Below are positions 1 through 13,882 of a stretch of 64,000 nucleotides of DNA, piece by piece; position 1 is the first letter of the stretch; every line of letters begins with the position of its first letter. A program made the position numbers and the translations under genes. The notes beneath the pieces were generated by a model that was given only the letters and a program-made list of their open reading frames with translations, searched no databases and had not been told where the DNA came from. Source of the DNA: Mayamaea pseudoterrestris. Lineage: Eukaryota. The DNA lies in the NCBI GenBank assembly GCA_027923505.1, contig BROI01000022.1, forward strand, positions 62,001-126,000. Reading direction: 5' to 3'.

Positions 1-404
1 AACGTGCGTCCACGTTACTTCGTAAATCAATAGTACTCTTCGTCGATAAAGTCTCTATGCCGAGGCAATGAGTCTCAAGACAGTGTTAATCTTGTAACTT
101 GTAAATCAAATCGTTGCACCTTTCGCTTGTAGCTGTCCTTGGATGGCCAATCCAAGCTTGCAGTTGCTACAATACGAGAGACGAATAAATCGCTTTCTTA
201 ACTCTTCAAGCTTAGTAAGTCTGCTTGTTTCTACTCTATATCGCACTAGTTTCAGCAATATACTTGTTGAATCGCTTCGAAGCCGTCGCTGCCACGCATC
301 ACGCGATCGTGAGGCTGTGGTGAGCCGCGAGTGCCGCTGTGTCACCCTATCGGACATTCGGTGTGACTTGCCCGATTTTCGCTGTTTTCGTTCGCATCCT
401 GCAA

Positions 405-3400
405 CATCTATGAGTTTACACCCCTCTGGCTGTGTGAGTGGGTTTTGTCAGCCTGCTACTGGGGACAAGCCAAGGGGCACAAAATATTGGTAGACCCTGT
501 CACAGAACTTGGAGCCTAGATGGGCTAGCAATGACTGCATTGCACTTTCTACATCATGAAACAATGCCTGCCAACTGCAAGCTATCAATTGATACCTCTC
601 TGGCTGTGGGAGTGGGATATGGCAGCCAGCTACCGGTACTGGGGATAAGCCAGGAACACTAAATTCTGGCAGTCCCTGTCACAGATTTTGGTGAGTAGAT
701 GGGCCATCAATCACTGCATTGCACTTTCTACATCATGACACAATTTCTATCATTTGCCATTTATTTGTTTACATCTCTCTGGATGTTGGAGTGGGTCATA
801 GCAGGCAGCTACTATGAGCAAGCCTGGGGGCACGAAATTTGGGCAGTCCCTGTCGCAGAACTCGGAGACTAGATGGGCAATTGATGACTGCATTGCACTT
901 TCTACATCATCAAACAATGCCTGTCAACTGCCAGCTATCACTTGATACCTCTCTGGTGTTTGGAGTGGGTTTCGTCAGCCTACTATTGTGGACAAGCTTA
1001 GGGACTAGGAATTCTGGCAGTCCCTGTCTCAGAACATAGAGACTCGATGGGCTGGCAATTACTGCATTGCGCTTCCTATATCATGACACAACACCTGTCA
1101 ACTGCCAGCTATCAATTGATATTACTCTGGCGTTTGCAGTGGGTCATGTCAGCCAGCTACTGGGGACAAGCCTACGGACAAGAAATTAGGGCAGTCCCTG
1201 TCGCAGAACTTGGAGACTAGATGGTCAATTGATGACTGCATTGCACTTTCTATTTCATGAAACAATGTCTATCAACTGCCAGCTATCAATTGATACCTCT
1301 CTGGCTGTTGGAGTCAGTCATGGCAGCCAGCTACTGGGGACAAGCCTACTGGCACGAAATTCTGGCAGTCCCTGTCGCAGAACTTGGAGACTAGATGGGC
1401 AATTGATGACTGCATTGCACTTACTATTTCATGAAACAGTGCCTGTCAACTGCAGGTATCAATTGATACCTCTCTGGCATTTGGAGTGGGTCATGGCAGC
1501 CAGCTACTGGGGACAAGCCAAGGAGCAAGAAATTTGGGCAGTCCCTGTCTCAGAACATGGAAACTAGATGGGCTGGCAATGACTGCATTGCGCTTTCTAT
1601 ATCATGACACAACACTTGTCAACTGCCAGCTATCAATTGATACCACTCTGACGTTTGGAGTGGGTCATGACAGCCTGCTACTGTGGACAAGCCTAGGGAC
1701 TCAATATTCTGGCAGTCCCTGTCACAGAACATGGAGACTAGATGGCCAATTAATGACTGCATTGCACATTCAACATCTGGAAGCAATGCCTGTCAACTGC
1801 CATCTATGAGTTTACACCCCTCTGGCTGTGTGAGTGGGTTTTGTCAGCCTGCTACTGTGGACAAGCCAAGGGGCACAAAATTTTGGTAGACCCTGTCGCA
1901 GAACTTGGAGCCTAGATGGGCTAGCAATGACTGCATTGCACTTTCTACATCATGAAACAATGCCTGCCAACTGCAAGCTATCAATTGATACCTCTCTGGC
2001 TGTGGGAGTGGGATATGGCAGCCAGCTACCGGTACTGGGGATAAGCCAGGAACACTAAATTCTGGCAGTCCCTGTCACAGAACTTGGTGAGTAGATGGGC
2101 CATCAATCACTGCATTACACTTTCTACATCATGAAACAATTTTTATCACTTGCCATTTATTAGGTTTACATCTCTCTGGATGTTGGAGTGGGTCATAGCA
2201 GGCAGCTACTATGAGCAAGCCTGGGGGCACGAAATTTGGGCAGTCCCTGTCGCAGAACTCGGAGACTAGATGGGCAATTGATGACTGCATTGCACTTTCT
2301 ACATCTGGAAGCAATGCCTGTCAACTGCCATCTATGAGTTTACACCCCTCTGGCTGTGTGAGGGTGAGTGGTGTCATTACTGGCTTCCATCATGACACAA
2401 CACCTCAACTACGCACTATTGGTTGGTGGGACAGGCAGCCTAGGGACAAGAAATTAGGGCAGTCCCTGTTGCAGAACTTGGAGACTAGATGGTCAATTGA
2501 TGACTGCATTGCACTTTCTATTTCATGAAACAATGTCTATCAACTGCCAGCTATCAATTGATACCTCTCTGGCTGTTGGAGTCAGTCATGGCAGCCAGCT
2601 ACTGGGGACAAGCCTACTGGCACGAAATTCTGGCAGTCCCTGCCGCAGAACTTGGAGAATAGATGGGCAATTGATGACTGCATTGCACTTTCTATATCAT
2701 GAAACAATGTCTATCAACTGCCAGCTATCAATTGATACCTCTCTGGCTGTTGGAGTCAGTCATGGCAGCCAGCTACTATGGGCAACCTGGGGGCACATAA
2801 TTCTGGCAGTCCCTGTCGCAGAACTTGGAGACTAGATGGGCTAGCAATGACTGCATTGCGCTTTCTACATCATGAAACAATGCCTGTCAACTGCCAGCTA
2901 TCAATTGATACCACTCTGGCATTTGGAGTGGGTCGTGCAGCCAGCTACTGGGGACAGCCTAGTGGCATGAAACTCTGGCAGTCCCTGTCGCAGAACTTGG
3001 AGACTAGATGGGCTGGCAATGACTGCATTGCGCTTTCTATATCATGGCACAACACTTGTCAACTGCCAGCTATCAATTGATACCACTCTGATGTTTGGAG
3101 TGGGTCATGACAGCCTGCTACTGTGGACAAGCCTTGGTGAACAAAATTTAGGCAGTCCCTGTCACAGAACATGGAGACTAGATGGGCTAGCAATGACTGC
3201 ATGGCACTTTCTACATCATGAGACAATTCTTATCAACTGCCATCTATTGGTTTACATCTCTCTGGATGTTGGAGTGGGTCATGGCAGCCAGCTACTATGG
3301 GCAAGCCTGGGGGCACGAAATTCTGGCAGTTCCTGTCGCAGAACTTGGAGACTAGATGGGTAATTGATGACTGCATTGCACTTTCTACATCATGAAACAA

Positions 3401-6400
3401 TACCAGCGGACTGCCAGCTATCACTTTACATCTCTCTGGATGTGGGAGTGGGTTTTGTCAGCCTACTATTGTGGACAAGCCAAGGGGCACGAAATTCTGG
3501 CAGTCCCTGTCACAGAACTTGGCAATTATATGGGCTATCAATGACTGCATTGCACTTTCTACATCATGAAACAATGCCTATCAACTGCCAGCTATCAGCT
3601 GATACCTCTCTGGCTGTTAAAATGGGTTATAGCAGCCAGCTACTGTGGACAAGCCTAGGAACTAGGAATTCTGGCAGTCCCAGTCTCAGAACATGGAGAC
3701 TAGATGGGCTGGCAATGACTGCATTGCGCTTTCTATATCATGACACAACACCTGTCAACTGCCAGCTATCAATTGATATTACTCTGGCGTTTGCAGTGGG
3801 TCATGGCAGCCAGCTACTGGGGACAAGCCTAGGGACAAGAAATTTGGGCAGTCCCTGTCGCAGAACATGGAAACTAGATGGTCAATTGATGACTGCATTG
3901 CACTTTCTATTTCATGAAACAATGTCTATCAACTGCCAGCTATCAATTGATACCTCTCTGGCTGTTGGAGTGGATCATGGCATCCTGCTACTGTGGACAA
4001 GCCTTGGTGAACAAAATTTGGGCAGTCCCTGTCGCAGAACATGGAGACTAGATGGGCTAGCAATGACTGCATGGCACTTTCTAGATCATGAGACAATTCT
4101 TATCAACTGCCATCTATTGGTTTACATCTCTCTGGATGTTGGAGTGGGTCATGGCAGCCAGCTACTATGGGCAACCAGGGGCACGAAATTCTGGCAGTCC
4201 CTGTCATAGATCTTGGAGACTAGATGGGTAATTGATGACTGCATTGCACTTTCTACATCATGAAACAATACCAGCCGACTGCCAGCTATCAGTTTACATC
4301 TCTCTGGCTGTGGGAATGGGTTTTGTCAGCCTACTATTGTGGACAAGCCAATGGGCACAAAATTCTAGCAGTCTCTGTCACAGAACTTGGCAAATATATG
4401 GGCTATCAATGACTGCATTGCATTTTCTACATCATAAAACAATACCTATCAACTGCCAGCTATCAATTGATCCCTCTCAGACGTTTGGAGTGGGTCATGG
4501 CAGCCAGCTACTGGGGACAAGCCTAGGGGCACGAAATTCTGGCAGTCCCTGTCGCAGAACTTGGAAACTAGATGTGCAATTGATGCCTGCATTGCACTTT
4601 CTACATCATGAAACAATGCCTGCCAACTGCTAGCTATCAGTTTACATCTCTGGCTGTTGGAGTGGGTCATGGCAGCCAGCTACTGGGGACAAGCCTAGGG
4701 ACAAGAAATTTGGGCAGTCCCTGCCGCAGAACTTGGAGACTAGATGGGCAATTGATGACTGCATTGCACTTTCTATTTCATGAAACAATGTCTATTAACT
4801 GCCAGCTATCAATTGATACCTCTCTGGCTGTTGGAATGGGTCATGGCAGCCAGCTACTGTGGACAAGCCTAGGGACACAAATTTCTGGCAGTCCCTGTCG
4901 CAGAACTTGGAGACTAGATGGGTAATAGATGACTGCATTGCACTTACTATTTCATGAAACAGTGCCTGTCAACTGCAGGTATCAATTGATACCTCTCTGG
5001 CTGTTGGAGTGGGTTATGGCAGCCAGCTACTGGGACAAGCCTAGTGGCACGAAATTCTGGCAGTCCCTGTCGCAGAACTTGGAGACTAGACAGGTAATTG
5101 ATGACTGCATTGCACTTACTATTTCATGAAACAAAACTGTCAACTGCAGGGATCAATTGATACCTCTCTGGCTGTTGGAGTGGGTTATGGCAGCCAGCTA
5201 CTGGGGACAAGCCTAGGGACGCGAAATTCTGGCAGTCCCTGTCACAGAACATGGAGACTAGATGGCCGATTCATGACTGCATTGCACATTCAACATCTGG
5301 AAGCAATGCCTGTCAACTGCCATTTATGAGTTTACACCCCTCTGGCTGTGTGAGTGGAATTTGTCAGCCTGCTACTGTGGACAAGCCAAGGGGCACAAAA
5401 TATTGGTAGACCCTGTCGCAGAACTTGGAGCCTAGATGGGCTAGCAATGACTGCATTGCACTTTCAACGTCATGAAACAATGCCTGCCAACTGCCAGCAA
5501 TTAATTGATACCTCTCTGGCTGTGGGAGTGGGGTATGGCAGCCAGCTACTGGGGACAAGCCTAGTGGCACGAAATTCTGGCAGTCCCTGTCGCAGAACTT
5601 GGAAACTAGATGGGCAATTGATGACTACATTGCACTTTCTATTTCATGAAACAATGTCTATCAACTGCCAGCTATCAATTGATACCTCTCTAGCTGTTGG
5701 AGTGGATGATGACAGCCTGCTACTGTGGACAAGCCTAGGTGCACAAAATTTGGGCAGTCCCTGTCGCAGAACATGGAGACTAGATGGGCTAGCAATGACG
5801 GCATGGCACTTTCTAGATCATGAAAAAATTCCTATCAACTGCCATCTATCGGTTTACATCTCTTTGGATGTTGGAGTGGGTAATGGCAGCCAGCTACTAT
5901 GGGCAAGCCTGGGGGCACGAAATTCTGGCAGTCCCTGTCGCAGAACTTGGAGACTAGATGGGTAATTGATGACTGGCATTGCACTTTCTCCATCATGAAT
6001 GAAACAATACCAGCTGACTGCTAGCTATCAGTTTACATCTCTCTGGCTGTGGGAATGGGTTTTGTCAGCCTACTAATGTGGACAAGCCAAGGGGCACGAA
6101 ATTCTGGCAGTCCCTGTCACAGAACTTGGCAATTATATGGGCTATCTATGACTGCATTGCAATCTCTACATCATGAAACAGTGCCTATCAACTGTCATCT
6201 ATCGGTTTACATCTCTCTGGATGTTAGACCGGGTCATGGCAGCCAGCTACTATGGGCAAGCCTAGGGGCAAGAAATTTTGGCAGTCTCTGTCGCAGAACT
6301 TGGAGATGAGATGGGTAATTGATGACTGCATTGAACTTTCTATATCATGAAACAATGTCTATCAACTGCCAGCTATCAATTGATACCTCTCTGGCTGTTG

Positions 6401-8734
6401 GAGTAGGTCATGGCAGCCAGCTACTATGGGCAACCTGGGGGCACATAATTCTGGCAGTCCCTGTCGCAGAACTTGGAGACTAGATGGGCTAGCAATGACT
6501 GCATTGCGCTTTCTACATCATGAAACAATGCCTGTCAACTGCCAGCTATCAATTGATACCACTCTGGCGTTTGGAGTGGGTCGTGCAGCCAGCTACTGGG
6601 GACAGCCTAGTGGCATGAAACTCTGGCAGTCCCTGTCGCAGAACTTGGAGACTAGATGGGTAATTGATGACTGCATTGCAATTTCTATTTCATGAAACAA
6701 TGTCTATCAACTGCCAGCTATCAATTGATACCTCTCTGGCTGTTGGAATGGGTCATGGCAGCCAGCTACTGTGGACAAGCCTAGGGACACAAATTTCTGG
6801 CAGTCCCTGTCGCAGAACTTGGAGACTAGATGGGCTAGCAATGACTGCATGGCACTTTCTATATCATGAAACAGTGCCTATCAACTGTCATCTATCGGTT
6901 TACATCTCTCTGGATGTTGGACCCGGTCATGGCAGCCAGCTACTATGGGCAAGCCTAGTGGCACGAAATTCTGGCAGTCCCTGTCGCAGAACTTGGAAAC
7001 TAGATGGGCAATTGATGACTACATTGCACTTTCTATTTCATGAAACAATGTCTATCAACTGCCAGCTATCAATTGATACCTCTCTAGCTGTTGGAGTGGA
7101 TGATGACAGCCTGCTACTGTGGACAAGCCTAGGTGCACAAAATTTGGGCAGTCCCTGTCGCAGAACATGGAGACTAGATGGGCTAGCAATGACGGCATGG
7201 CACTTTCTAGATCATGAAAAAATTCCTATCAACTGCCATCTATTGGTTTACATCTCTTTGGATGTTGGAGTGGGTAATGGCAGCCAGCTACTATGGGCAA
7301 GCCTGGGGGCACGAAATTCTGGCAGTCCCTGTCGCAGAACTTGGAGACTAGATGGGTAATTGATGACTGGCATTGCACTTTCTCCATCATGAATGAAACA
7401 ATACCAGCTGACTGCTAGCTATCAGTTTACATCTCTCTGGCTGTGGGAATGGGTTTTGTCAGCCTACTAATGTGGACAAGCCAAGGGGCACGAAATTCTG
7501 GCAGTCCCTGTCACAGAACTTGGCAATTATATGGGCTATCTATGACTGCATTGCAATCTCTACATCATTAAACAATGCCTATTAACTGTCAGCTATCAAT
7601 TGATCCCTCTCTGACGTTTGGAGTGGGTCATGGCAGCCAGCTACTGGGCACAAGCCTAGGGGCACGAAATTCTAGCAGTCCCTGTCGCAGAACTTGGAAA
7701 CTAGATGGGCAATTGATGACTGCATTGCACTTTCTATATCATGAAACAGTGCCTATCAACTGTCATCTATCGGTTTACATCTCTCTGGATGTTGGACCGG
7801 GTCATGGCAGCCAGCTACTATGGGCAAGCCTAGGGGCAAGAAATTTTGGCAGTCTCTGTCGCAGAACTTGGAGATGAGATGGGTAATTGATGACTGCATT
7901 GAACTTTCTATATCATGAAACAATGTCTATCAACTGCCAGCTATCAATTGATACCTCTCTGGCTGTTGGAGTAGGTCATGGCAGCCAGCTACTATGGGCA
8001 ACCTGGGGGCACATAATTCTGGCAGTCCCTGTCGCAGAACTTGGAGACTAGATGGGCTAGCAATGACTGCATTGCGCTTTCTACATCATGAAACAATGCC
8101 TGTCAACTGCCAGCTATCAATTGATACCACTCTGGCGTTTGGAGTGGGTCGTGCAGCCAGCTACTGGGGACAGCCTAGTGGCATGAAACTCTGGCAGTCC
8201 CTGTCGCAGAACTTGGAGACTAGATGGGTAATTGATGACTGCATTGCAATTTCTATTTCATGAAACAATGTCTATCAACTGCCAGCTATCAATTGATACC
8301 TCTCTGGCTGTTGGAATGGGTCATGGCAGCCAGCTACTGTGGACAAGCCTAGGGACACAAATTTCTGGCAGTCCCTGTCGCAGAACTTGGAGACTAGATG
8401 GGCTAGCAATGACTGCATGGCACTTTCTAGATCATGAGACAATTCTTATCAACTGCCATCTATTGGTTTACATCTCTCTGGATGTTGGAGTGGGTCATGG
8501 CAGCCAGCTACTATGGGCAAGCCTAGGGGCAAGAAATTTGGGCAGTCCCTGTCGCAGAACTTGGGGAGTAGATAAGCTATCAATGACTGCATTGCACTAT
8601 CTACATCATGAAACAATGCCAGTCAACTGCCAGCTCTCAATTAATACCTCTCTGGCTGTTGGAGTGGGTCATTGCAGCCAGCTACTGGGGACAAGCCTAG
8701 GGGCACGAAATTCTGGCGGTCCCCGTCGCAGAAC
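405..8734. repeat. Tandem satellite array A, 174-bp monomer, ~48 copies
   Basis: Motif GCAGTCCCTGTC recurs at 843, 1017, 1191 (174-bp spacing) and onward to 8734. The ORF track repeats the same 58-aa pseudo-peptide with frequent stops and frameshifts. Each monomer has a central palindrome TATCAATTGATA. Confidence 0.97.
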
Positions 8735-8892
8735 AGAGATATTGGTGCACTGCTTGCACTTTGACGAGCCAATGCAGCTGCGAAGTCCGTGCATCTGTAA
8801 CCAAGGATTCTGTAGGCAATGTCACAATTCCTATTTGCAGAGCCTATCAGTACTTGTAGTGCCACACTGTAGTAGCTAAAAATGGCCCGGCT

Positions 8893-10212
8893 TTATTCAA
8901 AGGCGAGATGCCTCAACGGATCGCGCCGCCAAGCAAGGCGAGTGATGGCTTTTAAATTGCTATCATTTTCATCAGCTACCGCCTCTGGGTTGTTAATTCT
9001 AACTTGTTGCAAGAGCGTGTCCCGCAAGTTGCCAACTTGCTCGCTCGATAGCTGGCCTGCTTTCAAAGCATTGGCATTCTCCATCATGCGCTCCTCTGAT
9101 GTCGTCTTGGGAATGACTGGACAGTTTTGGTCCAAAGCCCAGCGCAGTAGGACTTGGGCGGGTGTCACTTGGAGTGTTTGTGCAAGGTCCAATACAGGTG
9201 AGGCATGCAGCAAGTCAAACTTCGCCTTTGGTTGCTTATTGACCTTTTTTGTTGATAACGTAGTTTTTTCATCACTGCCTCTTTCAAACTGAACGCCACT
9301 CCCTAGCAGCTCCTTCCACTTTGCTTGACCAGTATCTTGTCCGCCAAGACTGCTGTAGGCTTGCACCACAATGCCTTCCTTAGCGCAATACTCTAAAAGG
9401 TCCGTCTGTGGATAGAGTGGATGCAACTCCACTTGGTTGACAGCTGGCGGCCATAACTCTGCCGTCTCTTTGAGTTTCATCAGATGTTGCACCGTCATGT
9501 TGGAAACGCCAATGGCTCGAACTTGGCCCGCGCGGACGGAATCCTCCATGGCCCGCCACGTTTCGCTCCGCAGTTTTGCCATTTCGTTCGCACTGGTTGT
9601 TGCATAGTGCCACGGATCTTCTGCGACGACATCGTTGCGTCGATTCATTGTCGACCACGCTGGTCCCGGCCAGTGCATGAGCCAAAGGTCAATGTAGTCA
9701 AGCTTCAAACGCTGGAGCGAAAGGCGCAAACACTCCAGAGTTGGTTCGTAGCCGTGATACTTGCGCCAGTGCTTGGTCGTTATAAACAATTCGCTGCGAT
9801 CTTTAATGATTCCCTTGCCAATGGCTGCTCGAATGGCTTCGCCGACGAGTGTTTCCGTCGTTTCGCCTCCATATATAAAGGCCGTGTCAATCGCCCTATA
9901 TCCGCATTTCAAGGCTTGGAATGTGGCCTTGGTTGCTTGATCTTTTCCAAGTCGATACGTTCCGTATCCAATCCATGGCATGATTACATTTTCGTGCACA
10001 GAATGTAGTCGAATGCCATCGGTGAGTGTGCATGCGTCGGCCGAAGTTGTTTCGCGAAAGGAGGACGAGATCATGGTAGCTGATGGTTTCTTGACTATCG
10101 TGCTCATTGTTGCAGTGTGTTTCCGCTTCACCATTCTCACTTGACAGAATGCGATGACACTTTTGCTGTGTAGGCAGAGTAATAAAACAAAGTACAGTGG
10201 GCAGCGACCCAT
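8893..10212 (-). CDS. Aldo-keto reductase family protein, possibly plastid-targeted
   Basis: AKR motifs GYGTY, IDTAFIY (Asp/Tyr), ITTK (Lys), LMHWP (His), AIGVSN, NQVELHP, AQVLLRW, IPKT. Start taken at MGRCPLYFVLLLCL...VIAF (signal-peptide-like); 10134 is an alternative start. Confidence 0.9.
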   Translation of the reverse strand: MGRCPLYFVLLLCLHSKSVIAFCQVRMVKRKHTATMSTIVKKPSATMISSSFRETTSADACTLTDGIRLHSVHENVIMPWIGYGTYRLGKDQATKATFQALKCGYRAIDTAFIYGGETTETLVGEAIRAAIGKGIIKDRSELFITTKHWRKYHGYEPTLECLRLSLQRLKLDYIDLWLMHWPGPAWSTMNRRNDVVAEDPWHYATTSANEMAKLRSETWRAMEDSVRAGQVRAIGVSNMTVQHLMKLKETAELWPPAVNQVELHPLYPQTDLLEYCAKEGIVVQAYSSLGGQDTGQAKWKELLGSGVQFERGSDEKTTLSTKKVNKQPKAKFDLLHASPVLDLAQTLQVTPAQVLLRWALDQNCPVIPKTTSEERMMENANALKAGQLSSEQVGNLRDTLLQQVRINNPEAVADENDSNLKAITRLAWRRDPLRHLAFE

Positions 10213-10516
10213 ATGCGGGCAGCAATTCTCCTCGTGGGCAGTGACGCCGTGACGGCGGACGCGTTCATGGTTGATGGCTCTCATGGATGGATCGTGCCAA
10301 ATTGACAAGCGAACATCGTGGACGCAAAAGGTCCGGTAAACGACTGTCATGACTCATTGGTTGAAGCGGATCGATCACTATAGGCCAAAGTGTACCATAT
10401 CGTTCGACGTTCGATCGAGATGGATCAAGCGACGACAGTCGCAAGTCTCCAAGTCGCGAGGTGTGCAAGCGTCCAAACGAGCACGAATACGAGGCAGTGA
10501 TCTGTTGTTGCGTATT

Positions 10517-11164
10517 ATGGACAATCTTCCGTCTCCCAACATACAGGATGGTCCGATGGTTGGAACGCCACTCATTCTCCAATCGAAATATGTCGCCGAA
10601 GCCCCAGAGCGCGTCAACCGACCCGTTCCAGTTCCCTCCTTCTACAGCGACGACCGAGGAGAGATTCACAACGTTTGTGTTGGACAGACAAAATCTACAG
10701 GCTCGCAAAGGAAAGGCCAACGAATTAATCTGCTGTATACCAAAGCTGGCGTCATGCGATCTGGCGATTTGCACCCCAATACACAGCATGATTTTGTGTT
10801 CTCTGGCAGCGTCAAGGTTTGGACGCTACAAAAGGACGGCCATACCCATGTGCATGTGTACAACAAAAACGATGTCATTGCGATTCCGCCGTTTACGCCT
10901 CATCTATTCGAGTTTGAGCAAGATTCTGTGCTGGCAGAATGGTGGGATGGCGACTTCAAGGCCTGGTTCTACGAACCGTATCGGAGCATCGTTGATGCCT
11001 CCTTTGTATCCACTATGCCAGGCCATCTCACAACCTATGTTGTCCAGAACAAAGCTGATAGTGGCCATCGTGCTTTTAGAGTGCATGGCTTGCTGCATGA
11101 CCGATCGTTTTGGATGGGCATTCTTGTCGGCTTGGGTATTGGACTCGCCGTACATCTGCAATGA
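10517..11164 (+). CDS. RmlC-like cupin-domain protein with C-terminal transmembrane helix
   Basis: DDRGEIHN...RSGDLHP..QHDFVFSG...IPPFTPHLFEF cupin pattern. Hydrophobic C-terminus FWMGILVGLGIGLAV. Start at MDNLPS is inferred. Confidence 0.65.
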   Translation: MDNLPSPNIQDGPMVGTPLILQSKYVAEAPERVNRPVPVPSFYSDDRGEIHNVCVGQTKSTGSQRKGQRINLLYTKAGVMRSGDLHPNTQHDFVFSGSVKVWTLQKDGHTHVHVYNKNDVIAIPPFTPHLFEFEQDSVLAEWWDGDFKAWFYEPYRSIVDASFVSTMPGHLTTYVVQNKADSGHRAFRVHGLLHDRSFWMGILVGLGIGLAVHLQ

Positions 11165-12416
11165 GCAAGGAACAACAAAATAGATTGGCGCAGCAACCTC
11201 TTGTAAAGATCCTTACGCAGCGTCTCCGACCTTGGTGGGAGATAAAGTGCGGAGAACCCGTCGAAACTAAACTTGTGAAACGCATGCTCGCCTTATATGC
11301 GAAACACTCAAGCTCTTTGTAACGCGCTGACGGTTTTCGATTAGACAGATTGCTTACATTGGCAGTTTCGATGTACGCATGCCTTTGGGTCGATACGATC
11401 AAGTTGATTGAAACATGCTGCGCACTTGCTATCTATCATGCGCCCGGTTAAAGTTGCCGGTAGCTGCTAGTTTCCCGTAGCTTTATCATTGAGTGGCTCT
11501 ACTTGTCACGATAGCTTACTCAATGGAAAGCTTTGCTATTTTCGGTGTTAGCTACTGATCAACTTGGGTGGCAATGCTTGCATAAGTCTGGGCCATTGTT
11601 TATTTTTAATACATCTACAGGTAGTAATCTATTAGCCAACGAGACTGATTCCTTCCGCATAATATGATCGACAGATGCTGCATTTTTAACAAGTACGGGT
11701 ATGAGTATAAACGAGTGGCAAGCATTGATTCCTCTATGAAGTCTTGCTAGCAAGCTCCAAGCTAGCGCCAATTGGTTGCGCTGCACTCCAAATATCGCGT
11801 CGATCCAATGCAACGAAGACTTTAGCTGGCGGTTCCTCCGCCGCGCAACGAGCCAGCAAGGTCCCGGTCTTGCGAGTAGCTGTTTCGAGAGCAGCTGGGC
11901 GCTTCCATTGGAGGAGCGTCGGAGGGAGCTAAGAAACCCGGAGAGAATCGGAACGTACACGCCCAGATGCGCATCATTTCTTTCGTGCACAACACACACA
12001 AATTGACAAGGTCGGCAGCTGCAAAAAGGACCTGCATAACATACATAGACTTGATCACACAATAACATAGCGTCACGCTCGACAAGGAACTGAGAAAGGA
12101 TCATGGCTTCGACTGGATACGTTTCGAATGATGGAGAGGACTTCTTCAAGCCCATCCAGGTATGTCGAATGCATGTGCAATTTGATTCCAGCTTTGGAGG
12201 AAAATTGCGTTCGTCTCCTCAAAGCTGATGGTTTTGTGAACCACTAGTTTCTTCCTTTCGATCTTGTTTGCTGGCCATGCGCGGAAGAGGCTTTTAGAAG
12301 ATCTATTCTTGTCTCGTGGAGGTCCCTCCTTCATTGTCGTCGGATATCAACGGAGGTCCAAATTTTTGGCTAACCTCGCCTCTTTTCTTGTCGCATTGCA
12401 GCAATTTCCACAGCGC

Positions 12417-13438
12417 ATGACGACTTTCAACCAAGTATCGATTGAAGGAATGGAAGAGGAGGTGTTAAAGGCGCAGCCGTATGGATTAGAGGTCAGTGCG
12501 CGCTGTCCACGGTGGCTACAAAATTTTGTTGCTACCTGTCGCAAGCATTGTCTCACCGTCTCCCTCTTAATCCTCTTGACTTGTTCGTCGTCTTGATCCT
12601 ATACTCGTTGCTTATCATTGCGCAGGAGGAGATTGACTACGTTCTGAATGTTTGCACTTCTGATCTCTATCGCGACATGAAGGAAAGACAGGTTGACTTT
12701 GTTTCGCCACAAACCTACAATCCCTACTCTTCCTACATGCCCTACAGACGCTACTTGGTCGATTGGATGAGCGACGTTGGCGAGCAATGTCGTTTACACA
12801 GCACGACGATTCATGTCAGTATTCTGCTGCTGGACAAGATTTTTCGATCAGCCGAAATTCCGAGGAGTCAGTGGCAACTGCTGGCGACTGCTTGCATTTC
12901 GATTGCCGCCAAGTACGAGGAAGCGGAGGAACAAACTCCGCATATTCCAGAGCTTTTGCAGCTGACGAGATTAAGCGCTGCGGGGCATACGTCGCTCTCG
13001 TTTCGGGAAGGCGAACTTGACGTTTTGCGCCGCTTGTCGTGGAAACTTCGCGCCTTTCCGCCATTGCATGTCGGCAATTACTTTCTTTCCAAGGGAGTCG
13101 TCTTTGAAGATGATTTGTGGCAAGGAAGAGAGCTCATAGAGAAGATTCCAAAGTACATGAAGAAGTACATTGAGTTCTTTTGCAACCTTTGCCTGCAGGA
13201 CTACCAATTCCAGCAGTACTTGCCGACGCAACTTGCTGCCGCAGTCGTTCTATCGAGTCGGGTCGCTCTAAACATTGAACCAAGGTGGAGGTTTGAGCTG
13301 GTCCACCTGACTGGATATGAGGAAGCCGAAATATTTCACATATTCCAGCACGTTTTCCAGTACTATGAGGAACAGTTTCCTGGTCATGGAACCCGATCCA
13401 TTTCGCCGAGATCCGTCACTGACGCGAATGGTTTCTAA
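12417..13438 (+). CDS. Cyclin (exons 12417-12491, 12626-13438)
   Basis: Cyclin box RRYLVDWM...LLDK...QLLATACISIAAKYEE...ELDVLRRLSWKL. Phase-0 GT-AG intron 12492-12625. Confidence 0.92.
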
Positions 13439-13882
13439 TGAAACAGTTTGCTTATTGCACCAGTATACACCGCGTATACTTGTTGGGTCTCGCCTTGTCA
13501 AAGCATGCGTCATGTTTTACTTGTCGAGTGACTCATATACCGCTCCATCTATTCATTTAAATTATACTCCGCGCTACTCTAATCAGTAATAAATCACTGC
13601 ATTACTTGAACTCTCATCAACGTCTTTTACGTAGTACTAGTTATGCACAATACAATTGGCTCCCATGAACCGACAGTTTTGTTTGATCCAATCTTTCGCC
13701 AGGCCCTCCGAAGCATTAAGATAGCTAAAACGCTTGGCGCGCCAAGTGTGACTCGCGGTCAAGCAAGACTCAACGAATGATGCGATGATGCGACGATCGA
13801 CCGACGCCATGGAATATCCAGGCCGTGCCTTGCAGAAGGAGTCTGTCAAAAGGAAATATAGCTTCTGGCAGCGTCTAGTAGA

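Noticed and set aside
106..493. Short ORFs at the window start
   Set aside because: No recognisable motifs; one runs into the satellite.
2360..2440. Apparent unique insertion within array A
   Set aside because: Reads as a scrambled partial monomer, likely a low-quality consensus segment.
438..8879. Many ORFs (up to 281 aa) with a 58-aa repeat in array A
   Set aside because: By-product of a 174-bp (3n) monomer; frequent stops and frameshifts, no recognisable domain, variation dominated by CpG decay.
11400..12350. ORFs between the cupin and cyclin genes (e.g. 11559-12155 minus)
   Set aside because: No domain or consistent splice pattern recognised.
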